Below, piece by piece: positions 8,902 through 18,426 of a stretch of DNA of 64,000 bases. The stretch lies in IMG/VR virus record IMGVR_UViG_3300036821_000136, positions 1 to 64,000 of that record; one strand, written 5' to 3'. The stretch is from a virus. Taxonomy: Duplodnaviria; Caudoviricetes. Made by a program: the position numbers and the translations under genes. Below the pieces are notes generated by a model that saw only the letters and a list, made by a program, of their open reading frames with translations, was not told the DNA's origin and did no database searches. Every line of letters begins with the position of its first letter. Position 1 is the stretch's first letter.

Positions 8902-9965
8902 GGCGGGGCGATTCCTTTCAGCTGGCCGGGGTCGGTGTCGACGACGTGCAGCCGCGGGCCGCGGCCGCCGGGCGGCAGCAGGTCGGTGTCCAGCGCGCCG
9001 GTGCTGGTGGTGGTGACGTGCAGCCGGGTCCCGTCGGGCGGGGCGAGGACGGTCAGGTCGGCGTACTGCTCGGCGCAGTGCAGCGTCGGGCCCGGCTTGG
9101 GCGCCAGCGGGTCGTAGGCGTCCTTGTGGCTGGACACGACGTGCACGCGGGTGCCGTCGCCGGCGGCCTCGGCGATCCCCCACGACGGCGGGGTGACGCC
9201 GTGGCGGGCCTGCAGCCAGGCGGCGTACTGCTGGGTGGCGGCGACGGCCAGCCGGCCGAGGGCCGCCCGGTTGGACGGCTGCGCCTTGGCGATCGCCGCC
9301 GGGTCGGTGCCGTAGACGCGGCGCAGCAGCCGGCCGTGCCGGTAGGCGTCGGGACCGCCGTCCAGGTGCACGGTGATGTCGCGGTGGGTGTCGGGGTCGA
9401 ACAGCCGGATCCGGCCGTACCGGTAGCCCTGCCCCATGATGCCGCTGGAGTCGGCGGAGTAGACCGGCAGCACGTCGAGGATCTTGCGGTTGGTGACGCC
9501 CCAGGCGTGGAACCGCATGCCGGGGTGGCGGTCGCGGCCGTAGCGCATGACCCGCACCATCCACGGGAACGCCCGCTTGGCGACGCCGACCAGCCCGCCC
9601 AGCCCGACGAAGTCGACGCCGCACTCGGCGTACCGGTCGAGCAGGGCAGGGTCGGCGCCGGCGTGGATGGTGGGCACCGAGTCGATGCCCCACCGGTCGC
9701 GGAACGCCGCCCAGTTGGCGAAGGTGGCGTCGGGGTCGCCGATCACGTCGAGCGCGGCGACCCAGGTCAGCGCGCCCGCCCACCGGGTGCACCACGCGGC
9801 GTAGTCGGCCAGCTTGACGGTCTTGCCCTGCGCGTAGGCGGAGAACGCGCCGGAGTCGCCGATCAGCCGCAGGTGGCCGGGGCCGGTGACCGCGGTCATC
9901 AGCGTGTCGGACTGGTAGTAGTGGTATGAGACCAGCGCGTCGACGGGGTAGGTCAGGCCGGTCAC
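8898..9965 (-). CDS. dpdA: DpdA-like DNA transglycosylase (TGT fold) with C-terminal repeats
   Basis: IGDSGAFS, LDVIGD, VPTIH, VGLGGLVG, FHAWG, YSADSS; directly upstream of and coupled to queC. Confidence 0.75.
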   Translation of the reverse strand: MTGLTYPVDALVSYHYYQSDTLMTAVTGPGHLRLIGDSGAFSAYAQGKTVKLADYAAWCTRWAGALTWVAALDVIGDPDATFANWAAFRDRWGIDSVPTIHAGADPALLDRYAECGVDFVGLGGLVGVAKRAFPWMVRVMRYGRDRHPGMRFHAWGVTNRKILDVLPVYSADSSGIMGQGYRYGRIRLFDPDTHRDITVHLDGGPDAYRHGRLLRRVYGTDPAAIAKAQPSNRAALGRLAVAATQQYAAWLQARHGVTPPSWGIAEAAGDGTRVHVVSSHKDAYDPLAPKPGPTLHCAEQYADLTVLAPPDGTRLHVTTTSTGALDTDLLPPGGRGPRLHVVDTDPGQLKGIAPP

Positions 9966-10576
9966 GGGGCGGCCGCCTGGATCTCGACGCCGAGCATGGC
10001 CGCGAACGCGACCGCGGCGTTGCCGTCGTAGCTGTTTTTCACCCGGTCGTTCCACGCGGCGATGACGGTGTGCGGGGCGCGGATCGTCACCGACGGCCAG
10101 CCGTCGCCGGGCTCGTCGTCGCCGGGCAGGTCGTCGAGGCCGGGCGGGCGCAGCAGCGCGATCATGTCGGCCAGCTGGTCCTCGGCGTAGCCGGTGCCGG
10201 CCAGCGACCCGGTGCGGTCCTTGTAGCCGGACAGCAGCGCGACCAGCGCGCCCTCGTCGAACACGGCCAGCTTGCCGAACAGGTTGTCGTTGGCGAGGAT
10301 CGCCTCGGCCTCGTCGTCGGTGACGTCGAGCCGGAAGCCGGGGATCGTGGCGGCCCCCTTGGCGCGGGCGCCGCGGTAGCGGGAGTTCCCGGCGATGATC
10401 AGCCCGGTCGACTTCTGCACCATCACCGCGCCGTAGAAGCCGTGCGCGTCGAGGGAGGCGGCCAGCTCTTCGTCGGCGCCCTGGTTGTAGTTCTTGGGAT
10501 GCTCCGACAGCTCGGCGAGCGGGATCGCCGGGTCGTATTCCTGCGGGGCGAGGTAGAACGGGATCGGGTCGGTCAC
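9962..10576 (-). CDS. ParB/Srx N-terminal-domain protein heading the modification operon
   Basis: LSEHPKNYN, LAASLDAHGF..VMV...IIAGNSRYRGA, LANDN. Confidence 0.8.
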   Translation of the reverse strand: MTDPIPFYLAPQEYDPAIPLAELSEHPKNYNQGADEELAASLDAHGFYGAVMVQKSTGLIIAGNSRYRGARAKGAATIPGFRLDVTDDEAEAILANDNLFGKLAVFDEGALVALLSGYKDRTGSLAGTGYAEDQLADMIALLRPPGLDDLPGDDEPGDGWPSVTIRAPHTVIAAWNDRVKNSYDGNAAVAFAAMLGVEIQAAAP

Positions 10577-10651
10577 GGCGCTGGTCCTCGGGGGGGCGCG
10601 GTTGGCGGCCAGGCGGCCGGTCGGGTGCGCGCCGCGGCGTGCCTGCTGCTA

Positions 10652-10969
10652 TCAGTATCCACACGCCGGGGGGCCGGCGGGCAGGTCCCCGCGATTACGC
10701 GCATCGCGCGCACCGCCGGCGCGTAACCGCGGGGACGGGCCGAGCCGCAGGAACGGGACCAGCGCGGCGTGCAGCCGCTGCAGGTCCGACGACCGGTACA
10801 GGGCGGCGCCGGCGCCGCCGGCCTCGCCGGACGGCGCCCGGGCGTACGGCTGCCACTGCAGGGCGCGCAGGATCAGCCGCAGCCGGGCCGCGTCGATGGG
10901 CACCCCGGCGCGGGCGAACACGGCGCTGGCCTCGTCGACCGTCCACAGCGGCTCGTTCCCCGGCAGCAC
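10652..10969 (-). CDS. Putative helix-turn-helix DNA-binding protein
   Basis: WTVDEAS...IDAARLR...LYRSSDL, a MerR/excisionase-like pattern. Confidence 0.5.
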   Translation of the reverse strand: MLPGNEPLWTVDEASAVFARAGVPIDAARLRLILRALQWQPYARAPSGEAGGAGAALYRSSDLQRLHAALVPFLRLGPSPRLRAGGARDARNRGDLPAGPPACGY

Positions 10970-11081
10970 GCCCCGGACGCTACCGGCGCGGGGTGTCCGG
11001 CGGTGGCCGGACGGGGCGGCGTTAATGTGCGCGTAATCCCCCTATTCCCTCTCGGTGACCGGCTGGTTACAATCGGTGGCT

Positions 11082-11828
11082 ATGAATGAGTCGACAGGAT
11101 GGCTCGGCGACCCGGCGGTCGCGCCCGCCCTGCCCGGCCTGCTCTCCGGGCTGGTCTGCCAGCTCCGCCGCGTCCTGGCCTCCGGCCGGCCGCCGCACGA
11201 GCGGATCGCCGCGATCACCGACGAGCTTGACGCGCTCGCCCCGCCGCCGCCGCCCCCGCCCGGCCTCGGCGGGCCGGTCACCGGCCAGGCCGCGATCGCC
11301 CGGCTGATGGCAACCAGCACCAGCCCCGCCACCATGCTGTTCACCGAGATCGCCGGCGGCGGGACGGTCACCTTCGCCGTGTGGACGGACTGCCCGCACG
11401 CCACCCTGACCGACGCGCAGTGCGCCGACCTGGACGTCAGGCCGGGCACCCGCGCGGCGCACCGCCGCGGCACCTTCGCCCTCGACGGCCGGGTGTTCGC
11501 CGACGTGACCTCCGACGTGCTGCTCGACGAGCTGCCGTCCGAGGCGGTCGCCGCGCTGGCGGCGGGCACCCCGCTGGGCGCGGTGATCGCCGCGACCGGC
11601 CGCCGCGAACCGGTCTCGGTGCTGCCGTGGGGCGGCGGCCTGGACTGCTCGGCAGTGATATGGACGCTGGGCTACGGCGGCCGCCGGCCGCAGCGGATCG
11701 CGCTGGCGGGCGAGCAGATCCACCCGTGGTTCTGCGCCCGGCCGCTACCCGTCGAGGTCGAATGGCGGGCCAGGGAACTCTGTTTCGGTGCCGGCCGGGA
11801 TCAGCAGGAAGTCGTCGCTGTCCCATAG
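11082..11828 (+). CDS. Chorismate pyruvate-lyase / UTRA-fold-like protein
   Basis: LMATSTSPATML...LDVRPGTR..HRRG...RVFADVTS.V.LDELP...TPLG.VI...RRE...IALAGEQI; TACAAT at 11068-11073 just before the ATG. Confidence 0.5.
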   Translation: MNESTGWLGDPAVAPALPGLLSGLVCQLRRVLASGRPPHERIAAITDELDALAPPPPPPPGLGGPVTGQAAIARLMATSTSPATMLFTEIAGGGTVTFAVWTDCPHATLTDAQCADLDVRPGTRAAHRRGTFALDGRVFADVTSDVLLDELPSEAVAALAAGTPLGAVIAATGRREPVSVLPWGGGLDCSAVIWTLGYGGRRPQRIALAGEQIHPWFCARPLPVEVEWRARELCFGAGRDQQEVVAVP

Positions 11829-14427
11829 CGGCGACCCGCGGACCCCGGCGACCTCCTCGCCGGACAGCGCGACCGTCAGCCACGCGACCGCCTCGGCGCC
11901 CGGCCGGCACACCACGATCCACCGGCCCAACGTCACTTCGCCTGGCTCACGTGCGTGATAACGAACTCGGCCTGCGTGCCGCCCGGATAGTTGCCTGCGG
12001 GGACCACGGACCAGTAACCCCCGCCGTCCTGCCACCACGCCGCCCATCCCGTGCCGCTCACCCGCAGCCTGATCGCCGACTCGCCGCCCGCCGGCCGGCC
12101 GCGGCGGCGGGCGCACAGCGCCAGCGCGCACGACGCCATCAGCCGGCCGGGCCAGGCCGGACCTAGCTGAACGCTCACAACTGCCTCCTCACAGGCCCAG
12201 CCCGGCGGCGGCGACCGCCCCCGCCGCCAGCACCGCCACCGCGACCAGCAGCGCCAGGATCAGCGCCAGCCACGGCCGCACCGGCCGCTCCCGCCGGTGC
12301 CGTCCCGGCGCCCGCCGCGGCGCCATCAGCCGCCCCTCATAGCTCACCGGTGCGCCCGCCGCCAGTGCCGCCGGTACGCGGCCGGCGTGGCGAACCGGGC
12401 GCCGGTGCGGCGCCGGTTGCCCTTCCCGCAGTCGGCCCGGTAGCCCGGCCCGGTCTCGGTCCACGGGCAGTAGAAGAACGTGCCGCCCCGCTTCGGCGGC
12501 GGGACATCATCAGCGACCCATCGCTGCTCAGCCACGCACTCGCCGCCCGGCATCGGAACCCACCCGGCGCCCGTCACCGGCTGCCGCGCTTCATCAGGTC
12601 AAGCAGGAACTCGCGGGCCTCGTCGCCCAGGTAGGTCCTGGCGACCGGGGTGAAGTAGCACTGCCCGGTAGCCACCTGCCGGAAGATGATCTCGCCGTCC
12701 GGGCCGGCCTGGCCCAGCCGCAGCGTGACGGGCCGCCACACCTGCACGTCGATGGCGAAGAACTGGTCCTCGAAGGTGACCGACGATATCCACTCGCCGT
12801 CGCAGGACCGCACGTCGAGGTGGATCTCGTCGCCGGGCGCCAGCCGGAAGCCCGGCGCGGCGAGCGCCAGCGCGTCGGCGTTCATGGCCTCAGCCCACGT
12901 CACGGCCGGCCCGCTTCCACGCGGCGGCGGCCAGCTCGCGCGCCTGCGCGGCGGTGACCTGCTCGGCGGTCAGGTCCTCGGCGACGGGGTCGGCGCCGGC
13001 CGGGCCGACCCACACGCCGGGCGCGGCGTGCAGCCATAGCTCGGGGATCCGCCCGGGCCCGGCCGCGACCGTCACCGCCGCGTCACCGGGCAGGGCGTTC
13101 AGGTCGGTCACCGCCCCGCCCAGCTCGGTCGCGCCGTCCAGCACCGCCGCCAGCTGCTCGACCGGGACGCCGTACAGCGCCAGGATCCGGATCGCCGCGG
13201 CGAGCTGGGTGCGCAGCACCTCGCGGGCCACCTCGAGCGCGACGCCGTAGACGCGGCCGACCGCGGTGACGCCGCTGCCGGGGCCGGCGGGGTCGGCGGC
13301 CAGGTCCACCGCGCCCTCGATGGCGGCGTAGGCGTCGGCCTCGGCGGCGCTGTAGGTTGCCCGCAGGTAGCGCATGGCCGCCTCCAGGTCGACGGGGTGC
13401 TCGCCCGCGAGCGCGTCCAGGTGCCAGTGGTAGGCCTGCCGGGCGGTCTCCAGCGGCTGCCACAGGCCGAACGCCACGGACTCGTGCCGCTCGCGCGGCT
13501 GCCAGCCGTCCGGCAGCGCGAAGGCCGGCGCGGACCCGGCCGACGCCGTGTCGGCCGGGATGCCGAACTGCTGATCGCCGGGCAGCAGCCGAGGCGGGCC
13601 GAGCGCGGCCGCCAGGTTCTCCGCGCCCACGTCGCCCAGCGGCAGGGTGACGTGAGCGACCGAGTACCCGGGCGCGTCGGCGTTGGCGGGCAGCACGCAG
13701 TAGGCGGCGAACAGGCCGGGGTCGCCGGGGCTCGGCACGGTCAGCTCGGCCAGGTGGCCGGGGATCACCTCGGCGGTCACCTGGACCGGGATGCCGTACC
13801 ACCGCGCCACGCGCGGCAGGTGCTCCGGGCTCCACGGCGCGCCGGGGTCGGCGCGCAGCTCGTCCCACAGCGCCGGGTGGATCCGCAGCACCGTCCCGTC
13901 CGGCGGCTCGCCGCCGGGCCAGCTGCCGAGCACGCGGCGCAGCGCGACCGACACCGCCGCGAACGGGCCCTCGGGGAAGCTCATGCGCGCACCCTACCGC
14001 CACCACCAGCGGTGGAACGGGGTGGTGCCGCCGGCGAACCGGACCCGCCGCCCGCACCGGCCGCACACCCACCGGCGGCGCGGCGCGGACCACTCGGCGC
14101 GGGCGGCCTGGTGCGGCACCAGCCGGGCCATCACGGCGGGCAGGTGCAGCCGGGACCGTGCATCATGATCCCGATCGCCGCCCGGTAGCAGGGCGGGGCC
14201 GGCTCGGGCGGGTCGGCGAACCCGGCGTCCCACAGGCTGCCGCCGTCGCCGGGCGGGCCGGTCTCGGGCGGGCCGGCGGCCCACGTGCGCCAGCCGGTGC
14301 GGGTGAACCCGGCGCGGCGCAGCCGGATCGCGGTCAGCGGCCAGGTGACCGCCTCGCGCAGCCGCCAGGCGGCCTCGGCCCAGCGCGGCGGCCCGGCCGG
14401 TTCCTGCTTAGGATCCATCACCGTCAT
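11745..14427 (-). other. Run of about 8 small coupled hypothetical ORFs (incl. 11933-12178, 12344-12577, 12574-12903, 12890-13984, 14131-14427)
   Basis: Consecutive minus-strand ORFs with ATGA/GTGA-type overlaps. Confidence 0.55.
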
Positions 14428-15073
14428 CCTCCTGCCTGGCCGCCAGGTCGGGGGCGGTCTCGATCAGCCCGTCGGCCCATTCCAGCCGCGGCCGCCCGTC
14501 CGGGCCGGTGGTCATCACCGCGACCGGCGGGTGCCCGTCGCCGTCGGCGCAGCCCATCACGGTGCAGTGCACGGTGCGGGCGTCCAGGTCGGCGACCAGC
14601 TGGAAGCAGCCGCAGTGCGGGCAGCGCGGCGGCAGCGCCTCGCCCGCCCGGCGCGGCAGGTGCCGCAGCCGGCGGCCCTCGTCGATGCCGTGCACCGTGC
14701 GGGCCTCGGCGATCCGCGCCTCGATGTAGCGGGCGGCCCGCTCGGCGGACGCCGGGTCCAGCCCGGCGGCCAGCCGCGGGATCGCGGTCAGCGCCGCCGC
14801 GGTGTTCCCCGCCGACCCGCCGCGCCGCGCGCCGGGATGGCCGGTGACCAGGTAGCGCAGCACCGCCTCCAGCCGCCGCACCCCCTCGTGGGCGTTCATC
14901 AGCGCCCGCCCGGCCGGGCTGTACCAGGGTTCGGGTGACTCCGCGGCGCGCGAGGTCATCCCCGGCGCGGTGCCCTCGGCGGCCGGCTCGGGCAGCAGCC
15001 CCTCCAGGGTCTCCAGGTAGGCCGCCAGCGCGCCGCACGCCTGGGCCACCGGGTCGGCGGCGGCGGCGGTCAC
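14408..15073 (-). CDS. Helical protein with C-terminal Zn-ribbon (CPHC...CTVMGC)
   Basis: 221-aa ORF with four conserved-looking Cys. Confidence 0.6.
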   Translation of the reverse strand: MTAAAADPVAQACGALAAYLETLEGLLPEPAAEGTAPGMTSRAAESPEPWYSPAGRALMNAHEGVRRLEAVLRYLVTGHPGARRGGSAGNTAAALTAIPRLAAGLDPASAERAARYIEARIAEARTVHGIDEGRRLRHLPRRAGEALPPRCPHCGCFQLVADLDARTVHCTVMGCADGDGHPPVAVMTTGPDGRPRLEWADGLIETAPDLAARQEDDGDGS

Positions 15074-15456
15074 GGCGTAGCCCCCGGGGCTACGGGCGGA
15101 CCGCCGCCAGGCCGGCGCCGCGGTGGCGGGGCGTTGTCGGGCAGCGCCGGGTCCATCGCGGTGCCCAGCGCCGGCCGCAGGTCCAGCACCCCGACCACCT
15201 CATCGCCGGCGACGGCGGCGCCGAGCGCGGGCACCCCGTTGTGCGCGGCGTTGGACGCCTGCCACGCCGCGGCGGCGGCGCGGTCGCGGTAGGCGAACGC
15301 GACCACGTCGGCGGGGTGCACCTGGCCGCGCAGCCCCAGCAGCGCCAGCGCCGCCCCGCCGTCGATCATCCGCGGTTCGCCGTGCGCGGCCACCAGCGCG
15401 GCCCGCCGGGCATCGCGGGCGATCCGGTAGCGCGCCTCGCCGTCGTCGCCGGTCAC
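15070..15456 (-). CDS. Hypothetical protein
   Basis: GTG 15456 overlaps the upstream stop. Confidence 0.5.
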   Translation of the reverse strand: MTGDDGEARYRIARDARRAALVAAHGEPRMIDGGAALALLGLRGQVHPADVVAFAYRDRAAAAAWQASNAAHNGVPALGAAVAGDEVVGVLDLRPALGTAMDPALPDNAPPPRRRPGGGPPVAPGATP

Positions 15457-16478
15457 GGGCCGCCCCCGGCCGGGGTCCAGGACCGCAGCACCTCCGGCAC
15501 CACCACCGGCACCAGCGCCCGCTGGCCGTCGGTCAGGTCGAGGCGGTCGATCACCGCGTCGATCAGCCGGCCCACGTCGGCGCCCAGCACCCGGGCCAGG
15601 TCGATCGCCTGCTGCTGGGCGCCCGCGTCGAGGGCCGCCTTGCACACCCGGGCGAAGTGCGCCCGCTCGGCGTCGTAGGCGGCCAGCACCGCGTGCGGGC
15701 CGGCCTGCTCGACGACCTCGGCGAGCTCCCCGTCCCGGACGGTGACCTTCGCCGCCCCCCAGAACAGCCCCCCGCCCGCCCCCGTTTGCCCCACTGCGGC
15801 ACCGTCTGCCGCCGTCTGTCCCGGTCCGGCCGCGGCGAGCCGCTGCACCTCCGCCCGCAGCGCCGCCACGTGCCCCGCCGACCAGCGCACCTCATCCAGC
15901 AGCCCCTCCGCCGGGCCGACCTCCAGCGGCGAGGCGTACAGCCGCAGCAGCGCCGCCGCGCCGCGCCGCTTCGCCTCGTCCAGCCCGACCCCGGCATGGT
16001 GGTAGCAGGCCGGGGTGCCCGTCACCGCCTGCTCGTGGCAGCAGCCCTCCGGCGGCGGCGGCTGGTCCTTGCGGTGCCCGCAGCGGCGCTTGTGGTGGGT
16101 GCACTCCAGCCGGGCGTGCGCGGCGCACCAGCGGGCGCCACCTACAGGGGCGGCCGGCGGGAGCGGCACGTTCACGGTGCCGGGGCCGCGGCGCAGGCCG
16201 AGGGCGCGGGCGAGGCGGGCGATGGTCTCGCCCTGGCGGCGCTGCACGGCCAGGGCGGGGTTTTCCACCGCGCGGTCGCCGTGGCTGACCAGCACCGACG
16301 TGGCGTCCAGCAGGCGGGTGGCCTGGCGGTGGGAGCGGACGGCCTGCACGTAGGCGTCGACGGTGTCGGGGTCGGCGCGGAACAGCTGCCCGGCGGCGGT
16401 CAGGCGGTCGATGACGTCGGCCCAGATGGTGCGGCGCTCGTCGTCGTAGCCGGGCGGGGGGTCGAGGCGGCCGGTCAC
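15453..16478 (-). CDS. Terminase small subunit-like protein (P27-family N-domain + Cys/His domain + helical C-domain)
   Basis: AAGGAGAG RBS before GTG 16478; PP..DDE..IW..V...L.....D...VDAY...VENPALAVQ...IARLARALGL, then C..AVTG..ACYHHAG. Confidence 0.65.
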   Translation of the reverse strand: MTGRLDPPPGYDDERRTIWADVIDRLTAAGQLFRADPDTVDAYVQAVRSHRQATRLLDATSVLVSHGDRAVENPALAVQRRQGETIARLARALGLRRGPGTVNVPLPPAAPVGGARWCAAHARLECTHHKRRCGHRKDQPPPPEGCCHEQAVTGTPACYHHAGVGLDEAKRRGAAALLRLYASPLEVGPAEGLLDEVRWSAGHVAALRAEVQRLAAAGPGQTAADGAAVGQTGAGGGLFWGAAKVTVRDGELAEVVEQAGPHAVLAAYDAERAHFARVCKAALDAGAQQQAIDLARVLGADVGRLIDAVIDRLDLTDGQRALVPVVVPEVLRSWTPAGGGP

Positions 16479-16884
16479 GGTGGGGGTGGCTCTCCTTGCC
16501 TTTAGCACGGGGCGTGCCGGTGCTGCGTTGGGCCGCCGTGCGCGGGCGGGGCCGGTCCTTACCCCTGATCTTAGGGCGGCGGGCGGGGGCCTGGCCTGCG
16601 GTTGTGCGGGGCTGGCTGCGCGGCGCGGGCCGGGGTGGTTATCATCCCGGCAGGGGGAGTTACCGACGGGACGGGCGATGGTCAATGGGGAACGGGCGCG
16701 GCTGCGCTATGAGCTGGCGTCCATCGAACTGCTGATCGAGCTGAGCAGCGGGCTGGATGACGCGGTCGAGCTGTGGGAGACGGCTGCCGCGGTGATCCGG
16801 GCGCAGCTCGGCGCGGCCGCGGGCCCGGCGCCGGGGACCGGCATGGCGGCCGGCCCCCAGCTGCCTGCGGGCTCAGCTAGCTAG

Positions 16885-18030
16885 CTAGCTGACCGGCGCG
16901 TTGCCGGTGAACATCACGAAGTGCGAGCCGGTGACCGACGCGCCCGACGCTGCGGGCCCGTGCGGGCCGGAGTTGATCCCGCCGGCGATCGACCCGTTCG
17001 GGGCGACCAGCGCGCCGCCCGCCGACGGCGATATCGCCTCGGTGGTGTCCAGCGCCAGCCAGTCGGTGAACGGGCCGGTGCCGATCTGCGCGCCGGCGTA
17101 CTCGAACACCGAGACGGGCTGGCAGGCGGCCGAGGCGTAGTCGGCGACTTCGCCGGCCGGGGTGCCGTTGAGGGTGATCGGGAAGCCGCCGCCGGTGCAG
17201 GCGACCAGCGCGGTCAGGTTCTCGCTGATGCCCGCGCCGGCCCGGTCGAACACGGTGCCGGCCGGGACGCGGACGGTCGCGGTCTGCACGCCGGCCAGGT
17301 CGCCGGCGACCGGGGTGGCGACCGGGGCGTCCAGGTCATCGGCCTGGAACAGCACGAGGTTCCTGGTGATCGTCTTGGTGATGATCCGGCAGCGGAAGAA
17401 GTCGCCGGGCAGCTGCCCGGCGATCAGCGGCGCGCCGGGCTCGGTGACGCCCGGGACCGGGGTCACGCCGTGGCGCACCACGAGGGCGGTGGTCGACGCC
17501 GACGGGGTGCCGGTGTCCGGGGTGGTCGGTGTCTCGAGCGGGTTGACGCGCGGGCCGCCGAGGAAGCAGACCAGCAGCCGGACGGTGCGGGTGCGGGTGA
17601 TCAGCTGCTCGCTCACCCACACGTGATGGCCGAACGGCACCGCCGACAGGTTCGGGAAGTCGGTCAGGGTGCCCTGCCCGAACGGGCAGCCGGGCGCGAC
17701 CGACACGCCGTACTGCGCGGCGTAGCTGGTCGACATGTTGCCGGAGAACAGCCCGGCGGCGGCGGTCTCGCCGCTGGTGGAGTTGCACATCTTGACGCCG
17801 TGGCGGCCGCCGGCGACGGTCAGCCCGTACTGGTCGGCGGCGATGACCGCCTGGTTGGCGGTGAACCCGGCGGCGGCGGTGGTCGAGGCGACGTAGCCGC
17901 CCGACCCGATCGTGTTGGTGTTGGGCGCGGGGCTGACAGCCGCGTAGGCGGCGGCCGCGCCGGCGCCGAGCGCGACGGCCGCGGCGGTCACGATGACGGC
18001 CAGGCGGCGGCGCGTGGATCGGAGCTGCAT
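16885..18030 (-). CDS. Secreted protein with signal peptide
   Basis: MQLRSTRRRLAVIVTAAAVALGAGAAAAYAA; GGAGAGGG RBS. Confidence 0.7.
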   Translation of the reverse strand: MQLRSTRRRLAVIVTAAAVALGAGAAAAYAAVSPAPNTNTIGSGGYVASTTAAAGFTANQAVIAADQYGLTVAGGRHGVKMCNSTSGETAAAGLFSGNMSTSYAAQYGVSVAPGCPFGQGTLTDFPNLSAVPFGHHVWVSEQLITRTRTVRLLVCFLGGPRVNPLETPTTPDTGTPSASTTALVVRHGVTPVPGVTEPGAPLIAGQLPGDFFRCRIITKTITRNLVLFQADDLDAPVATPVAGDLAGVQTATVRVPAGTVFDRAGAGISENLTALVACTGGGFPITLNGTPAGEVADYASAACQPVSVFEYAGAQIGTGPFTDWLALDTTEAISPSAGGALVAPNGSIAGGINSGPHGPAASGASVTGSHFVMFTGNAPVS

Positions 18031-18426
18031 TGCGTTCCCTCTCCGTTGGGCAATGACGGTCAAGGGCGTGTGCGCGCCGCCCCGGCTTACCCTAGGGGAC
18101 GCTGAGCGGCGGCTGAAGGGTTACCGGGAAAGGTTTACCGCCGCGTTGTTTGACCGTCAGTGATTGCCCTGTTACGGTCAGGAACCATGCTCGACGGCGA
18201 GCGGCCCCCGGCCCCCATCTCCGCGCTCGACGCGATCCTCGCGATCAACGGCTGGGACGCGCTGCCGGCGTGGCTGACTGACTTCCCCGCCCGGCAGGTC
18301 GCGGCCCGTCTGCCGGGCGGGGTTGCCCGCGGCCCGCACAGCGATTCTCCGGCCGCCGCGGACCCGGACCGTGCGGCGGGACGCGGCGCGGCTCGTATCA
18401 CCCGGCAAACGGCCGCTCCGGGTTTT

